From Takakia lepidozioides (Eukaryota > Plantae > Bryophyta): a stretch of 64,000 bases of DNA. The position numbers were made by a program, and so were the translations under genes. The stretch lies in assembly GCA_030704615.1 (NCBI GenBank), contig CM060733.1:45756001-45820000 (forward strand). The letters run 5' to 3'. Shown here one piece after another: positions 12,390-24,159 of the stretch; the stretch's first letter is position 1, and every line of letters begins with the position of its first letter. The notes under the pieces were generated by a model. The model did not search any database. It saw nothing but the letters and a program-made list of their open reading frames with translations, and had not been told where the DNA came from.

Positions 12390-14597
12390 TTAACTTATTA
12401 TTGGACATATAAATTAGGTGGTAACAATGTGTAGATCAGGTTGCACACTGAGTGTGTTGACAATGTCTGTCAAAAACACAATGCTCATTTTTCATTACGG
12501 GAACAACAACAATTTACTAGCTTATTAGTAGGCATATGTAGGTGGATTGATAGGTTGCTACATGTGTGTGACAATGTCTGTCACAGAACACACAAGTCCG
12601 GTAGATTGACTAATCAATTGCAATAACAATATGATTGTACTAGCTTATTATTGGGCATATAAATTAGGTGGCTATTGTATGCACGTTAGGTTCTAAGTGT
12701 GTGTTGACGATGTCTGTCAAAAACACACAATGTTCAAGTGTATTAACTAATTCATTACAGAAATGAAAATACTTTATTGGCTAATTATTACTAGGCAAAT
12801 TTAGGTGGGTTAGGTTTCTAAGTGTGTGTTGACAAGGTCTGTCAAGAACATGCTCATAAGAATATCACACTTGGCCTTTAGATGTATTAACTAATTACGG
12901 GAACAACAAAAATCTAATGATTTATTATTGGGTATACTAAGGTGGTCATTGTGCGCGGATTAGGTTGCCAAGGATGTTTACAATGTCTGTCAAATCACAC
13001 TCAGGTGTATTAAATAATCAAATACAAGAACGACAAGAATCTACTAATTTATTATTGGGCATATTTAGTGGGGTCATTATGTGCAAGTTTGGTAGTAGAG
13101 TTTTTCCAAGTTACTTGATATGTGTGTTAATAATGTCAAGTCACTACACACTCATATGTTAAATATATTTTACATAGGTTACAGCAAGATAGGTTATTAT
13201 TAGGTATATTAGTTGGTCATTGTGTGTAGGTAGTAGCAAGTTAATCTTAAGTTTGCTAGTCTCTATGAAGAACACATGAGTCACAACTTAGGTTTTGGGT
13301 GGTAGGGCGTTAGAGTCTAACTCTAAGTATTAAGGATTAGTGGTTTAGGGTTTAACTCTAAATCTTGCATGAACAACAAGATATTATCATTTTATCAGAC
13401 ATTAGATGGTTATTTTGTAAAGGTCTCATAGCATTGTCAATCGTGTGTTGACGATAATTTTGTCTATGAAAGAGGTACAAACAGTCATATGTTAATTAGT
13501 TACAAAAACAACAAGATAATGTTTTATTGAGAAAAATTAAAGTGATGTCAGATGATCAGTAATCAGCCTCATTGGTACCAAATTTTCTAAGTGCATTCAA
13601 GGATTCAAATAAAATTATCAAACTTGTCAACATTAACATTTGTTTTTAACACTTTGACACGAACTATGACATCAATCATGTTATAAATATACTATATCTC
13701 GATTGTATGGACCCTTTGACAATCAAATTGATTACAACTAATATTTCATCAAATTTATATAATTACATTTTCTCCAATTTGCTACAAAAACCACAAAAAT
13801 AAATAATTTTGTAATCCTTCCATTTCGTTTCTAGCTAAATTATTTAGGTATATTTAATATAGATATGTAATTTTAATATCGTTTATTAATCCAATATAAT
13901 TCAATACTATCGTACATCAAATTTGGTCCGGATTTAGGCCAAAAGTCCGGATGTAGTTAAAATTGAATTGTTGTGCTGGAATAAATAAATAAAAAGAACA
14001 AGAAAAAAAAATGATGTTATTTATAGAGACTTTGGCTAGATCATGTTTCTGAGCTCAACATATGCTGCAAGCACCTACCAAACCCAATTAGGCAAAAGTC
14101 ATTTGGGCTGGAGTTACATTGCTTCCGCAAGAGTCTTAATCCTCTTCATCCTCCCTCTACAAGCACACAAATGTAGTATTGAATCTAAGTATTAAGTCTA
14201 ATATATTAACTCATCTTCTTCTTTTGTGTGTATGTGTGTCTACAAATGACGAGAACGTAAGGTTTTTCTCCCATACCACAACTTGGAAAGAATATATTAT
14301 TGTTCACTTTTGTTCTACCAAACATCATTATTGGATGTCTCTCCCTAGCTTCAGCAGTCGATTACCAAGTGTACATGGAGAATTTGCTGGGTTCTCCAAT
14401 GGATGGTCTTTGTGCATTTGATGATCATACTTGTACGAGCGTATCATTCGTAAGAACTCTCCATCTGATTCCTGAATATCACCCCATAATTTGTCTTGTT
14501 CATATTGAAAAGTTCTCTAACAAGTTCTGCATGGTTGCATAATTTAGGCCAATTCATAACTTGTTATCTTTGCAAAATAATGCGTTCTGTAGTTTAA

Positions 14598-17057
14598 CCC
14601 TTAAGCGCCCAGTGCCCAATGTTGACTTTTTGAAAAAAGTGGACCCCAGCTCAGAAAAATGAGAATATCTCAGCGAAAAAAAAGTTTTTGGGAAAATTGA
14701 CCAGACATTATGCTCATACCTACCCCTTCCAGACACCGGTAAATTTGCAGGCCAATCAGGCAAAAATCCGAGAAACGCCACCGTTGAGTGTGGGGCCCAT
14801 TTTTTGGGCCCCTCCCAAAACAATAAGGGAAATTGGAGGAATTTGCAATTTTCACTGACGGGATGAAATCTGAAGGATCTCATCCTGCTTACAGGTGTTG
14901 TCCAGCACATTGGCATTCTGATGAGCCATAGAATGCAAAAAATGGATTCATATTTTCTGATTTACACCTGGTCAAAGTAAGGGGGGTCAAAATGTGTGAG
15001 TGGGAATTGAACCCAGTGGCCTGCCCCAACTGGCAGCTCACACAAAGAAAGACCAACATGTGGCCAACACTAGCATCAAATCAGACTCAGAAAAACTAGA
15101 GATGAACCCACATTTACACGCCGAATTGTGTGAGTGGGAGTTGAACCCACTAACTTGCCCCAATTGGCAACTCACACATGAACACAAGGGGGGAGACTCC
15201 TCCCCAGGGAGGGAAGGAGTCTCCACCCTTGTGCGCACCCCCGCTTGACTGGGGGACTACCACATAATTATACTAGACACAAAGAAAATGGACTCAGTCC
15301 TAATTGAAACACAAAATTGTTGCAGCAAAGACCTCGGAGCTACATGAACACTAAGGCAAAAAGCTGGAGTAGCAAACAAACCATTCAGATCAGGACTCAG
15401 TGAACCCCAATACTGCACAACCACAAAATCATACCTCTCCTTGGACTGTCAAGCAACTCTCTACGGCTAGATCCTCAGTACAAACGTTTCATGGCTACCA
15501 ACAACAAACCAACCCCCAAACACACCACTGCTTAGAAAAAGACAGAACACCACTACATAGAAAAAGTGTCGTAAGGAGGATACCCCCTCTTTGGCATCAA
15601 AGGTCTCCACATCAGTGTAGATCTGATTCACTATCATCTACTTCCCCCTCAGGCAATTCAGCTTCAGAATCCAACCCCAAGAGCTCAGGGATAGTGCACA
15701 ACATTGAATCATCAAGATTACACACAACACAGGACTGTGACGATACCACATGAACACCAAGGACACCAAAAAAAGAGACAGTATAATTTTTTGTACCATT
15801 CAGGATGTCCCATGTCTTGTCTACCACAGTGCCATATCCAAATTCGTGGGCATTGCTAGACGATGCCACATCCTGAAGGTGCAGCTCAGCCACTGCCACC
15901 TTCACTGTGGATCCCAAAATCCCTATGTCCTCCATAGTTTGGGAGTGACTAGCAGGATCACATAGCGGATTTTGAGAGTTGCGCAAGGAGTAGGTCGAAT
16001 TGCCCATCTCCTCACTCATGAAATCAAAAGAGGGTTCAATACGATTACCTCTCTCCCTGGCCAGTTGTTTGAGCCTCATTGTGGCTGGCAGAAGACGTCT
16101 GGAAGTCAGGCCAAACCTCGAGCCTCAAAATGTCGTTGACCTCTACGCTGAACCCAAGGGAGTCTCATTCCTCCTTGCGATCTACCCAACCCAAAATCTC
16201 TGCACAATGGCGCCTAAACAAGTAACGAAAGTTGGAGGGCTGTGGAAATCCAGGCCAACGCACATGAGCAGGTCTCTTCAAATGCAAGAGGTAGTCCTCA
16301 TTCAGGCACCCAACAATCCGCTCGACTTGCTCGGTTGATGTGCCCAGTGAAAGTGCCCACTTGGCAATCGATGCAGCTTGAGTCTCCAAATGCGCAGGTG
16401 CAGGGGGAGGCAACACACCCGAACCCATCTTATACTATGTAGCTTTAACCTTCATCCACCAATTTGCATATGCACACAAGGATAAACACAAAGATGAGCT
16501 ACACGATGCCCTAACTCCGCATAGTCTAGCTCAGGTATCAAACAATGAACATTGCCTTGAATGCGCACCCTGAGTATCAATGCAAAGCCGGCCCATCCTC
16601 TCTCACAGCTATGGCTCAGTCTCTGTAGCGGTGCCACAATTTCCAAGTTTCCTCAACTGAAAGAGAAAGAGATAATGGAAGATGCAATCGGAGCAGACCA
16701 CCAACGGCAACCTGTCAAGGCATCTGCAACGGCAACCTACAACAAAGTATGGAACACGCGCGAACGCCACAACAGACGAGATCACAACACAAGGCAAAGC
16801 GCGGGAAGGAGAGAGACGACGTTGAAAATGTGGGAGCAAGCCAAAATCGTTGCAGAAGCAGACCCCACCTCCTGCGCAGCCAAAAATTGCAACCCTAACC
16901 AAAAAAAAAAAAAACCTAATCGCGCGTTGGAATCCTGACTGCCATGTGGCTGGCATCCTACCCTCCAAAAATCAGGTTAATCGGTTCAAATCCGAGAAAA
17001 ACAGAGGGGAAAAACAAAAACCAACGGCCGAAAACGGGTCGAATGGGCGCTTAAGGG
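14598..17057. mobile_element. piggyBac-like non-autonomous element (TIR CCCTTAAGCGCCCA) carrying a degenerate minus-strand ORF region
   Basis: TTAA at 14594-14597 and 17058-17061; 14-bp perfect TIR; internal ORF pieces 15612-16079 and 16165-16428 (-). Confidence 0.8.
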
Positions 17058-17061
17058 TTAA

Positions 17062-17656
17062 CCCTTAAGTGCCCATACGGTCTGTTTTGGGCCTTTGTTT
17101 TTTGTTTTTTTGGTGTGGTTCTCTCATATTTCATGAATCAACTGATCCAAAATTTTGAGTTGTTGATGCCATTGAATCCAATGCGTGATTTGTAGGATTT
17201 CTTTTATTAGTGTTTCTAGTTTCCAAATCAAAGGAAGGGAAGTCTGCTTTGTGATGTGAGAATTTTAAAATCTCTAGCACTCTCCTCCTACATGAGAAAA
17301 TGTCTCCCACAATATTGACAGAGTCTAGTTTGATCAAGTGTCAATACCCCATCTTTTGCCCGGAATGCATTTTGTTTTGTGGATTGGATGCAAGATCCTA
17401 CCAAGGATAAACTGAGTTAATTTATAGATCATCTCATCACCAAAATCTTCAAAATAGGAAGTCCCATTTGCAATTTTGGTGTCAATTTTCACCTGAATGC
17501 CTTCCAAATTGACAGATCTCTTTAGCAAGTAGGTATGCACGTAATGTGCGGTCAGAATTTTAAATTATGTTTTTTATCCACAAAATTAGAAGGCTTTTCA
17601 GCTCAAGGATCGGATTTTTGATGGGGGGAAAAAAAAAACTACAGTGCGCTTAAGGG
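17062..17656. mobile_element. piggyBac-like MITE in tandem with the previous element, sharing TTAA 17058-17061
   Basis: Left end CCCTTAAGTGCCCAT; right end GTGCGCTTAAGGG followed by TTAA 17657-17660. Confidence 0.75.
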
Positions 17657-18299
17657 TTAACCTTGGCGGTGGCTAGATTTGAGAAACTACCATATTTTCA
17701 AGATATACAGTTTTTGACTTTACATGGTTTATTTCTATTATTATTATTAGTAGTATTTCCTCCAAAACATGTTTTCTTATTTATTTTGGATTACTATGTC
17801 TTTTTTTCCCTCTCCTAAGAATACAAATCAAATTTTCAAGTGTGTAATACATAGTAAGTTATATAAATTGTAAACCTCATAATTTGTAGCTGCTCTTGTA
17901 CACGCAAAAATACATCTTCATTGTATTTTCGTAATGACAATTTCAATCATGAGCATTGCAGACTACTTATGCACATTATACAGGGGTAGTCTGATCTATT
18001 GGGTGGGGGACTTCTACGACGTTTACTTGTAAGGTTACATATACCGATTTATTGACAAGGCGTACTCGCTTACACAATGGCAAGCCGCTAGAAAATGGTA
18101 CGAAGGAGTATCAATTACTTGGGTGATGAATATTAGATACGATCCTCTAAGTGGGTGATGGGGCCCGAGGTGTAAGATGTCTAACTAGTGGTAGTACAAT
18201 GTCTTCACACATTGTCGGGGAGTTCCTTTTTTAGAGGTCGGACATATATCGGACAGAACACGTCGTCATTTTCCGTCTATCCGACAAAGTAACATTTTG

Positions 18300-20300
18300 G
18301 GGAGTTTCTCTGAGTGGAGCTCCGCCGGATCATGTTCTTCGATTCTTGTACAGAGAGGGAGAGAAAACCACAGAGCTTGAGTACGCTCACGGTCAAGATA
18401 TAGAACTTGAACCTGACGAGGACGATCCGCTTATTGTCATATTTGTACGAGAAGAGGACCAGCAAGCACGCACCATTGGGTATGCAACAAAGATTTGAAT
18501 TGCCGACAGAGGTTTGATGACGGGACTCCAGGAGAGTGGATTCAAGTTCCCTAGAGATGGATCTACTCCGGATGAGTTTTCTTTCTGCTTGGAGTAGTCT
18601 AAACTTCTGAGACGCCTCTTCAATGTAAGAAATGAGAACGAGAGAAAAAGACAAGAGCTTGAGGCCGAGAAGGAGGCAGAACAGGCTCAAAAGAAGAGAA
18701 AGCCAAGAAAATGTAAGACCCCTGCTGACACTACACCTCAAGAAGATGGAGCCCCTAAAATTACTCCGCCTCGGAAGCCGAAGAGAAACTCTAAGCCCCC
18801 ACTTGACCCAGTGTTCTCAAGTGATAAGAAACCGAAAACTGGGGAGATATATGACAAAGCTAAATGTGAGGCAATGGAGAATGAGCTCTCAGAAATATAT
18901 GGGGACTTATTTCCCTTTGGGTTTGAAGAGACCCATTTCATTCCTATTTTGAGTATGGAGCAAGCACCCCGACAGATGGTCAACAAGCCCCTAAATGACA
19001 AATACAAGGATGAGATCAAAGCTAGGCTTTTAAAGCTCCGGGTCCTTGATTCAAAACACCCTGTCTACGTAGCCCCAATACATCCCAATGACGACAGTGT
19101 AGTGTGGCCGGAAAAAAACCAGAGAGATGGGATGAAGTGAAGGATGCCAAATTCTTTGTTATTGATGGGCAACACACCATAATTGCTGCGAAGGTACCAA
19201 TTCATCCAGTCCCAAGCTTGAATATGTCATTGCTATTGTTGTAGCTATATCAAATCTACAGTAGTACGTCTTCGAAGTCCATTGCTTCCTCATATTTTGA
19301 GTTGGTTGCAGGAGCTAATCTTGGAGGTGGACAACGATGAGCTGAAGAACTATTATAACAATTGGCCGGCCAAGATCGTTTGGTCAGATGACGCGCTTCG
19401 CCTTATGAAGATTTCAAAACTTCTAAACGATCCAAACAAGGCCCAGAAATTTGACATTACATTTCCTGAGAAGGTCGCACATTGCCGGCTTTTTTACGAG
19501 CTACAGGGCAGGCCAACAATACATAACGAGCGTAACTCAAAAAAAAAAGACCACTCAATGGGTGATAGGATCCCAGAACTCGACCTACATATATATTTTT
19601 TGTCTCATGCTGATTTGGTCATTAGCTTGGCTGAAATGAGTAATAATACATAAGTGCATCTTATAGGAATTTATGCAAGTTGTCCACATTCTCCCGGAGT
19701 CGTCGAATGTGAATGAAGCTATGGTTCTTATTCTAGCCGCAGAAAACGTTTGGGACAAGTGGCAAGCGGTTTTCAAAAAATGGGAGGCTGGTCACCTAAT
19801 TGACCAACATGGTGATGTTTGCAAAGGTGAACATATACCACTTAACCGGAGTCAGCTGAGGAATATTCAGGGGCTCTCCGGGCGGCAGCTTCTCAAGTTG
19901 GCCAAGAAGATCCTCAGTTATCAGCTGACCGTCAAATATCCATACAAAGGGAAAGACCCTTCAATACAGAGCATAGTGGGTTATATGACGCATATAAAGG
20001 ACAGGAGGTTTGTGATTGAGACATCATGACAAACTTTATATGTCATTTAAGAACAAAAATTAATCCCAATCCTTATGCCAGAGAGATGTGGCTTGACGTT
20101 AAAAAGAAATACAAGATTGACAAAGTACAGTTTGATTTACTCCGAGGGAAGCTTGGGTCGGATTATCTCTCTAGCAAAGGACATAAGAACAAGCTTTGAA
20201 ATGACATTCCTGGAGCATTTATAACGGAGGTTAAGGCTTTGAAGAAGAGCATGGACAAAATCAACACAGCTACCTTGGAAGTCATTTGCTAAAAAAGTGA
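18300..20300 (+). pseudogene. Frameshifted, probably TE-borne gene with a ParB/Sulfiredoxin-like motif
   Basis: Chained ORFs 18811-19140, 19282-19653 and 19673-20029. KFFVIDGQHTIIAAK at ~19149-19193 is followed by a GT donor. Frameshifts and stops are present. Confidence 0.5.
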
Positions 20301-21237
20301 GTTTGGATTGTAACATTGTTAACATACATGTTTCATGCATTATAACCACTAGATGTTGCACGTTTCAAGCCTTTCACAAAATTTGTCCATTTGAGGTGCA
20401 TAAATGTCGAAAAGAAACTTCATGGAACTAGATAAAATATTGACCTTAGTTACATGGTTGACAGATTTACACAAGTTGCTCTCAAATCTTTCAATTTAAT
20501 AGACATCCAAATTATATTAGAAATTTGACCTTTAAGCATTTTCGCTAGACTATTATGATTCATCAATTGGGGGTGTCAAGCTAAATAAACACAGTGTGAA
20601 ACTAACTAGAATAAATCTAGTTATTTGTATTTAACACTTGGAATTAGTTCAAGTGTTAAGTCAGGTGTCAAGTTTAGCTTGACACCTAAACCATCTTATC
20701 TTCACGAGCTTGTCAGTCGTGCGGCTCATCTCTCTCAAGTTGAGTCTGCACGACCGAGCTCCCTCGCTGCTTAGCATCTGAGTGTACTTATGGAGAGAGA
20801 GTAGGATGTTGTGGGGTGAAGTCCCCATAGCTTGGGGTGCCCCTGGCTCGACTCTTATTTTAACGAGTGATTGTATTGTATTTCATGTTTTTGTGTCAAC
20901 AGACAGTGTGAGTTTAGTTTTCATATCACTCGAGAGAGATGATCTTGCATCTGTGAGTGCCAAAGGTGAGTTTAGTTTTAGCACTTGTGGTTTTTGTTTT
21001 GAAAGTGAGAGAAGAAAATTATGGTGGTTTGTAGATTATGTTTGTGACAAGCTGGTTGGAGACAGAGAAGTGATTATCTGTGTTCAGGTAATCTTTAGTT
21101 AGAAAGATGTCAAGTTTGGCCACTGGAGCGATGGTTGAAAGCGCGGTGAAGCCTTCTACTGTCTATTAGCTTTGACATCGTTGTTGCCATCATAAGGTTG
21201 ACTTAAACTGCCAACGGTGTGTCTGGCCGAAGATAAT

Positions 21238-21585
21238 CTATATTGAGTGAGGTTTCTGGATCAAAGGCCGAAATATGTACAGTGTGCCATCAACGGGAGT
21301 AGTCGAATTAGACAAATAGCAACCAGATGTCTTGAGAGGTTGTTCACTGGGTGCCAAGCCTAATGTTTGTCTGTACACTCCTTCGAAACCTTCTTCCATC
21401 GGTAGTTTGGTTACGTAAGTAATCCTTCCCCAGGCAGAGTCTGTCATAGAGGGCCCAGCTCGTAAGTGGCCCAGACATCTTTCAGTCGTATGCATACAGT
21501 TGGTCAAGCTCTCAACTATGTGATCTTTGGGACGAGTCCTTTCTAACTGCGAGCTGCTATACGGACTACTTGGTTGTCCGCCCAA
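21238..21585 (-). pseudogene. GRAM-domain GEM-like gene fragment
   Basis: HLRAGPSMTDSAWGRI...EEGFEGVYRQT...LKTSGCYLSNSTTPVDGTLYI matches the GEM family pattern (HLKTGPS..AWG..EGG..F.QTF...ACYLSTS.GPV.GTLY); truncated and degenerate. Confidence 0.75.
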
Positions 21586-22289
21586 ACAGGAGGGAGGGGC
21601 AACAAAGCCAGTCGGCTGTTCATCGACATGTAAGATGCTTTTATACTCCGGAGCTCCATGAACGGGCTAAGATGCGGCGTGCCAGTTAATATTGCAAGGA
21701 GGCGAATTTGCGATTAGTAGGCTCTTCCGTAACTGGAACTCCAAAACCCTGGTGCAAAGGGGTCGAACTCTGATGTCGATTGCTAATATTGGGTATGACA
21801 CAAAATCACTTGAAAGTGGACTAGGCATGTGGCGTGCGGCTGATCAGTTCTGTAGTTCATGGTCTCCTCAAATCATTTTCGACCTCGTGACTATGTGTGA
21901 ATGAGAATGGGGCATGGCCTATTCAAAGTTGAATATTGGTGGAAGAGATCGTGCTAGCATCCATCTAAGCTGCTATGGGGCTGTTACGGGATCTTTAACA
22001 AGAGCAGCAACCATGAGAGAGCTGAATGGAGCAGGCCGTCGTTTTATTTTCATTAATCAGGCTGGATATGGTATCGGCACCAATGGAGGACGAATAGCTA
22101 GCTCCATCGACGAACCGGCCTGCAATGGTGGAGCTGCGAACAGAATTAGCTTTGATAAGAATTGACGTTGATGGTCTGATGTACCTGGCCCAATCGCCGT
22201 GGCTGGGGGAGAGACATCAAGGGGAAGGTCTTCGGTTCAAATTTGGTCGTGGGCTCTGTGGAAAATAAATGCATTTGGACTTGAATGAA

Positions 22290-23430
22290 AATTTGACACT
22301 TGGGCTAACGGCACATGCTACCCTAGAGATGGATACATAGAATATTGCACTTGGGCTTAAATCAATGGCCTCGACATAGAAGATGCACTTGCCTACATAG
22401 GAAATTGTACTTGGTCTTAGATTTTACACGTAAGCCAAAGGCGTAGGCTACACTCGAGGTCGCACTTGAGACGCACTTACATATGAAATTGTACTTGGTC
22501 TTAGATTTCAATTCTTCACACACATGGGCCAAAGGCACATGCTACCCTAGAGGTTGCACTTGGGCCTCGACATAGAGGACGCACTGGGATACATATATAA
22601 GATCTTACACTTGGGCTTTAGATGACAGCGGACCCTTGGGCTTAGATGACATTGGACACTCGGGCCAACGGCACAGGCTACCCTAGAGACGGAAGACATA
22701 TCAATAATGATAGGATATATTACTACTCAATAAATTCATGGAAAAAAAAATGAATCGGGCCTTGACATGGGAGACATACTTTGATACATAGGAGATTGCA
22801 CACTAGGCTTAGATGAGCCTCAACATGGGAGACACACATGGGAGATGCCTTTGGATACATAAGAGACACACTTGGATATGTAGGAGATTGCACTTGGGCT
22901 TGGATGACACTTGACACTTGGGCCGGCACAGGCTACCCTAGTCAATACATGAATCGAGACGTTTGTTTTGTAGATTTGAGATGTCCCAAACCGCGGGTCC
23001 CCAGCCTTGGTGCTTGGTACCGTTGGAAGGGCCTTGATGAGGAGGGGTGCACTGCACTGACTTGGTCTCATGATTTTTGGACATGTGGTGTGGGAGATGT
23101 TGCATTTCAAGTACTTTTGGTCGCAGGAAATTCCCGAAAAATAGGAAAGTGGGCATTCATGGGACAATGGTGGGAGCCTTGACAAGAGGTATAAAGGGAA
23201 AAAAAAAATGATGAAATACGGCTAACACGAATTTCAAGTTCATTCAGGTTGCACTTCGGCCTCTACATAATCACACTTGGTCTTACATTTCAATTCTTCA
23301 CACATGGGCCAAAGGCACGGGCTACCCTAGAGGTCGCACTTAGGCCTCGACATAGGAGACACACTTGGACTTGGGCTTAATTACATGACACTGGAAACTT
23401 GGGCCAACGGCATAGGCTACTCTAGTCCCA
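22290..23430. repeat. Degenerate tandem or subterminal-type repeats (CACTTGGGC... / GCTACCCTAG cores)
   Basis: GCTACCCTAG or close variants near 22317, 22447, 22540, 22677, 22932, 23321 and 23416. Confidence 0.75.
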
Positions 23431-24159
23431 AGTGATGAGAGGTTCCTCATGTTCTCAAGCCAACAATGCCATTTTTTTTTTCCCCTCGTTGCCCAAAAGG
23501 CACTGAGGTGAATGATAAGTTATGAATGAGGACATAATCTAATATGAAGATATATATGTAATATGCTATAATATAGTACATATATTTTAGTTTTTTTCTT
23601 TTTTTTCTCTTAAAAATAGAGGCCAGTGTGTATTGGTAATTGGTATAATGATAGGTGAAAGCCTGATATGTGCACGGTATATGCACTGCTATTAAATACC
23701 AAATTAGTCAACAACAGGGCGTAAGTGTATGTCACGCCTTGTTAGCCATAACATCATTCCATATAACTTCATATCAGTAAAACAGTGGCAGGGCCTCCGC
23801 ATATCTCACGCATTGTTAATAAAACTTTCGGCCCTTCCATCAGCCTTCTGCTTTAAAAAAAAAGAAAAGAAGCTTATAGTTGTTCCTTGAATGTTTGTTT
23901 TGAGGGAAGTTTGAAGAAAGATAGAAATCCCTTGATATTGCAGACTCTAAAACTCTGGTTGTCCAAAGGTGTCCATCAGGATAAAGAGTTGCCACACAGT
24001 AGCACATATATTGAATTCAGAATTTCGAATGTCGAGTATACAAGATCGAAGCACTTTGAAACCATTTTATACTTAGATGTCTGCCCATGATCTGTTTGTT
24101 TGCTTGTCATGGCTGCGAAGATGTTCCAAGATGCAGGTTGTGTGTGGAGCTCCATACAA

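Larger units (their letters stand above)
10080..13300. repeat. Degenerate AT-rich satellite, ~110-150 bp monomers of two alternating types, interrupted by two TTAA insertions
   Basis: Core GTTGACAATGTCT recurs near 10118, 11107, 11234, 11376, 11491, 12456, 12568, 12703, 12828, 12976 and 13126. Confidence 0.85.

Noticed and set aside
13280-13360. Interstitial telomere repeats (TTTAGGG)
   Set aside because: Only isolated single matches at the decaying end of the satellite.
13927-13957. Possible Helitron 3' hairpin (TCCGGA...TCCGGATGTAG)
   Set aside because: Weak stem, no CTRR end at the expected spacing and no identifiable 5' end.
14993-15178. True tRNA genes
   Set aside because: No D-arm or A-box and only a 6-nt central loop; kept only as tRNA-mimic candidates.
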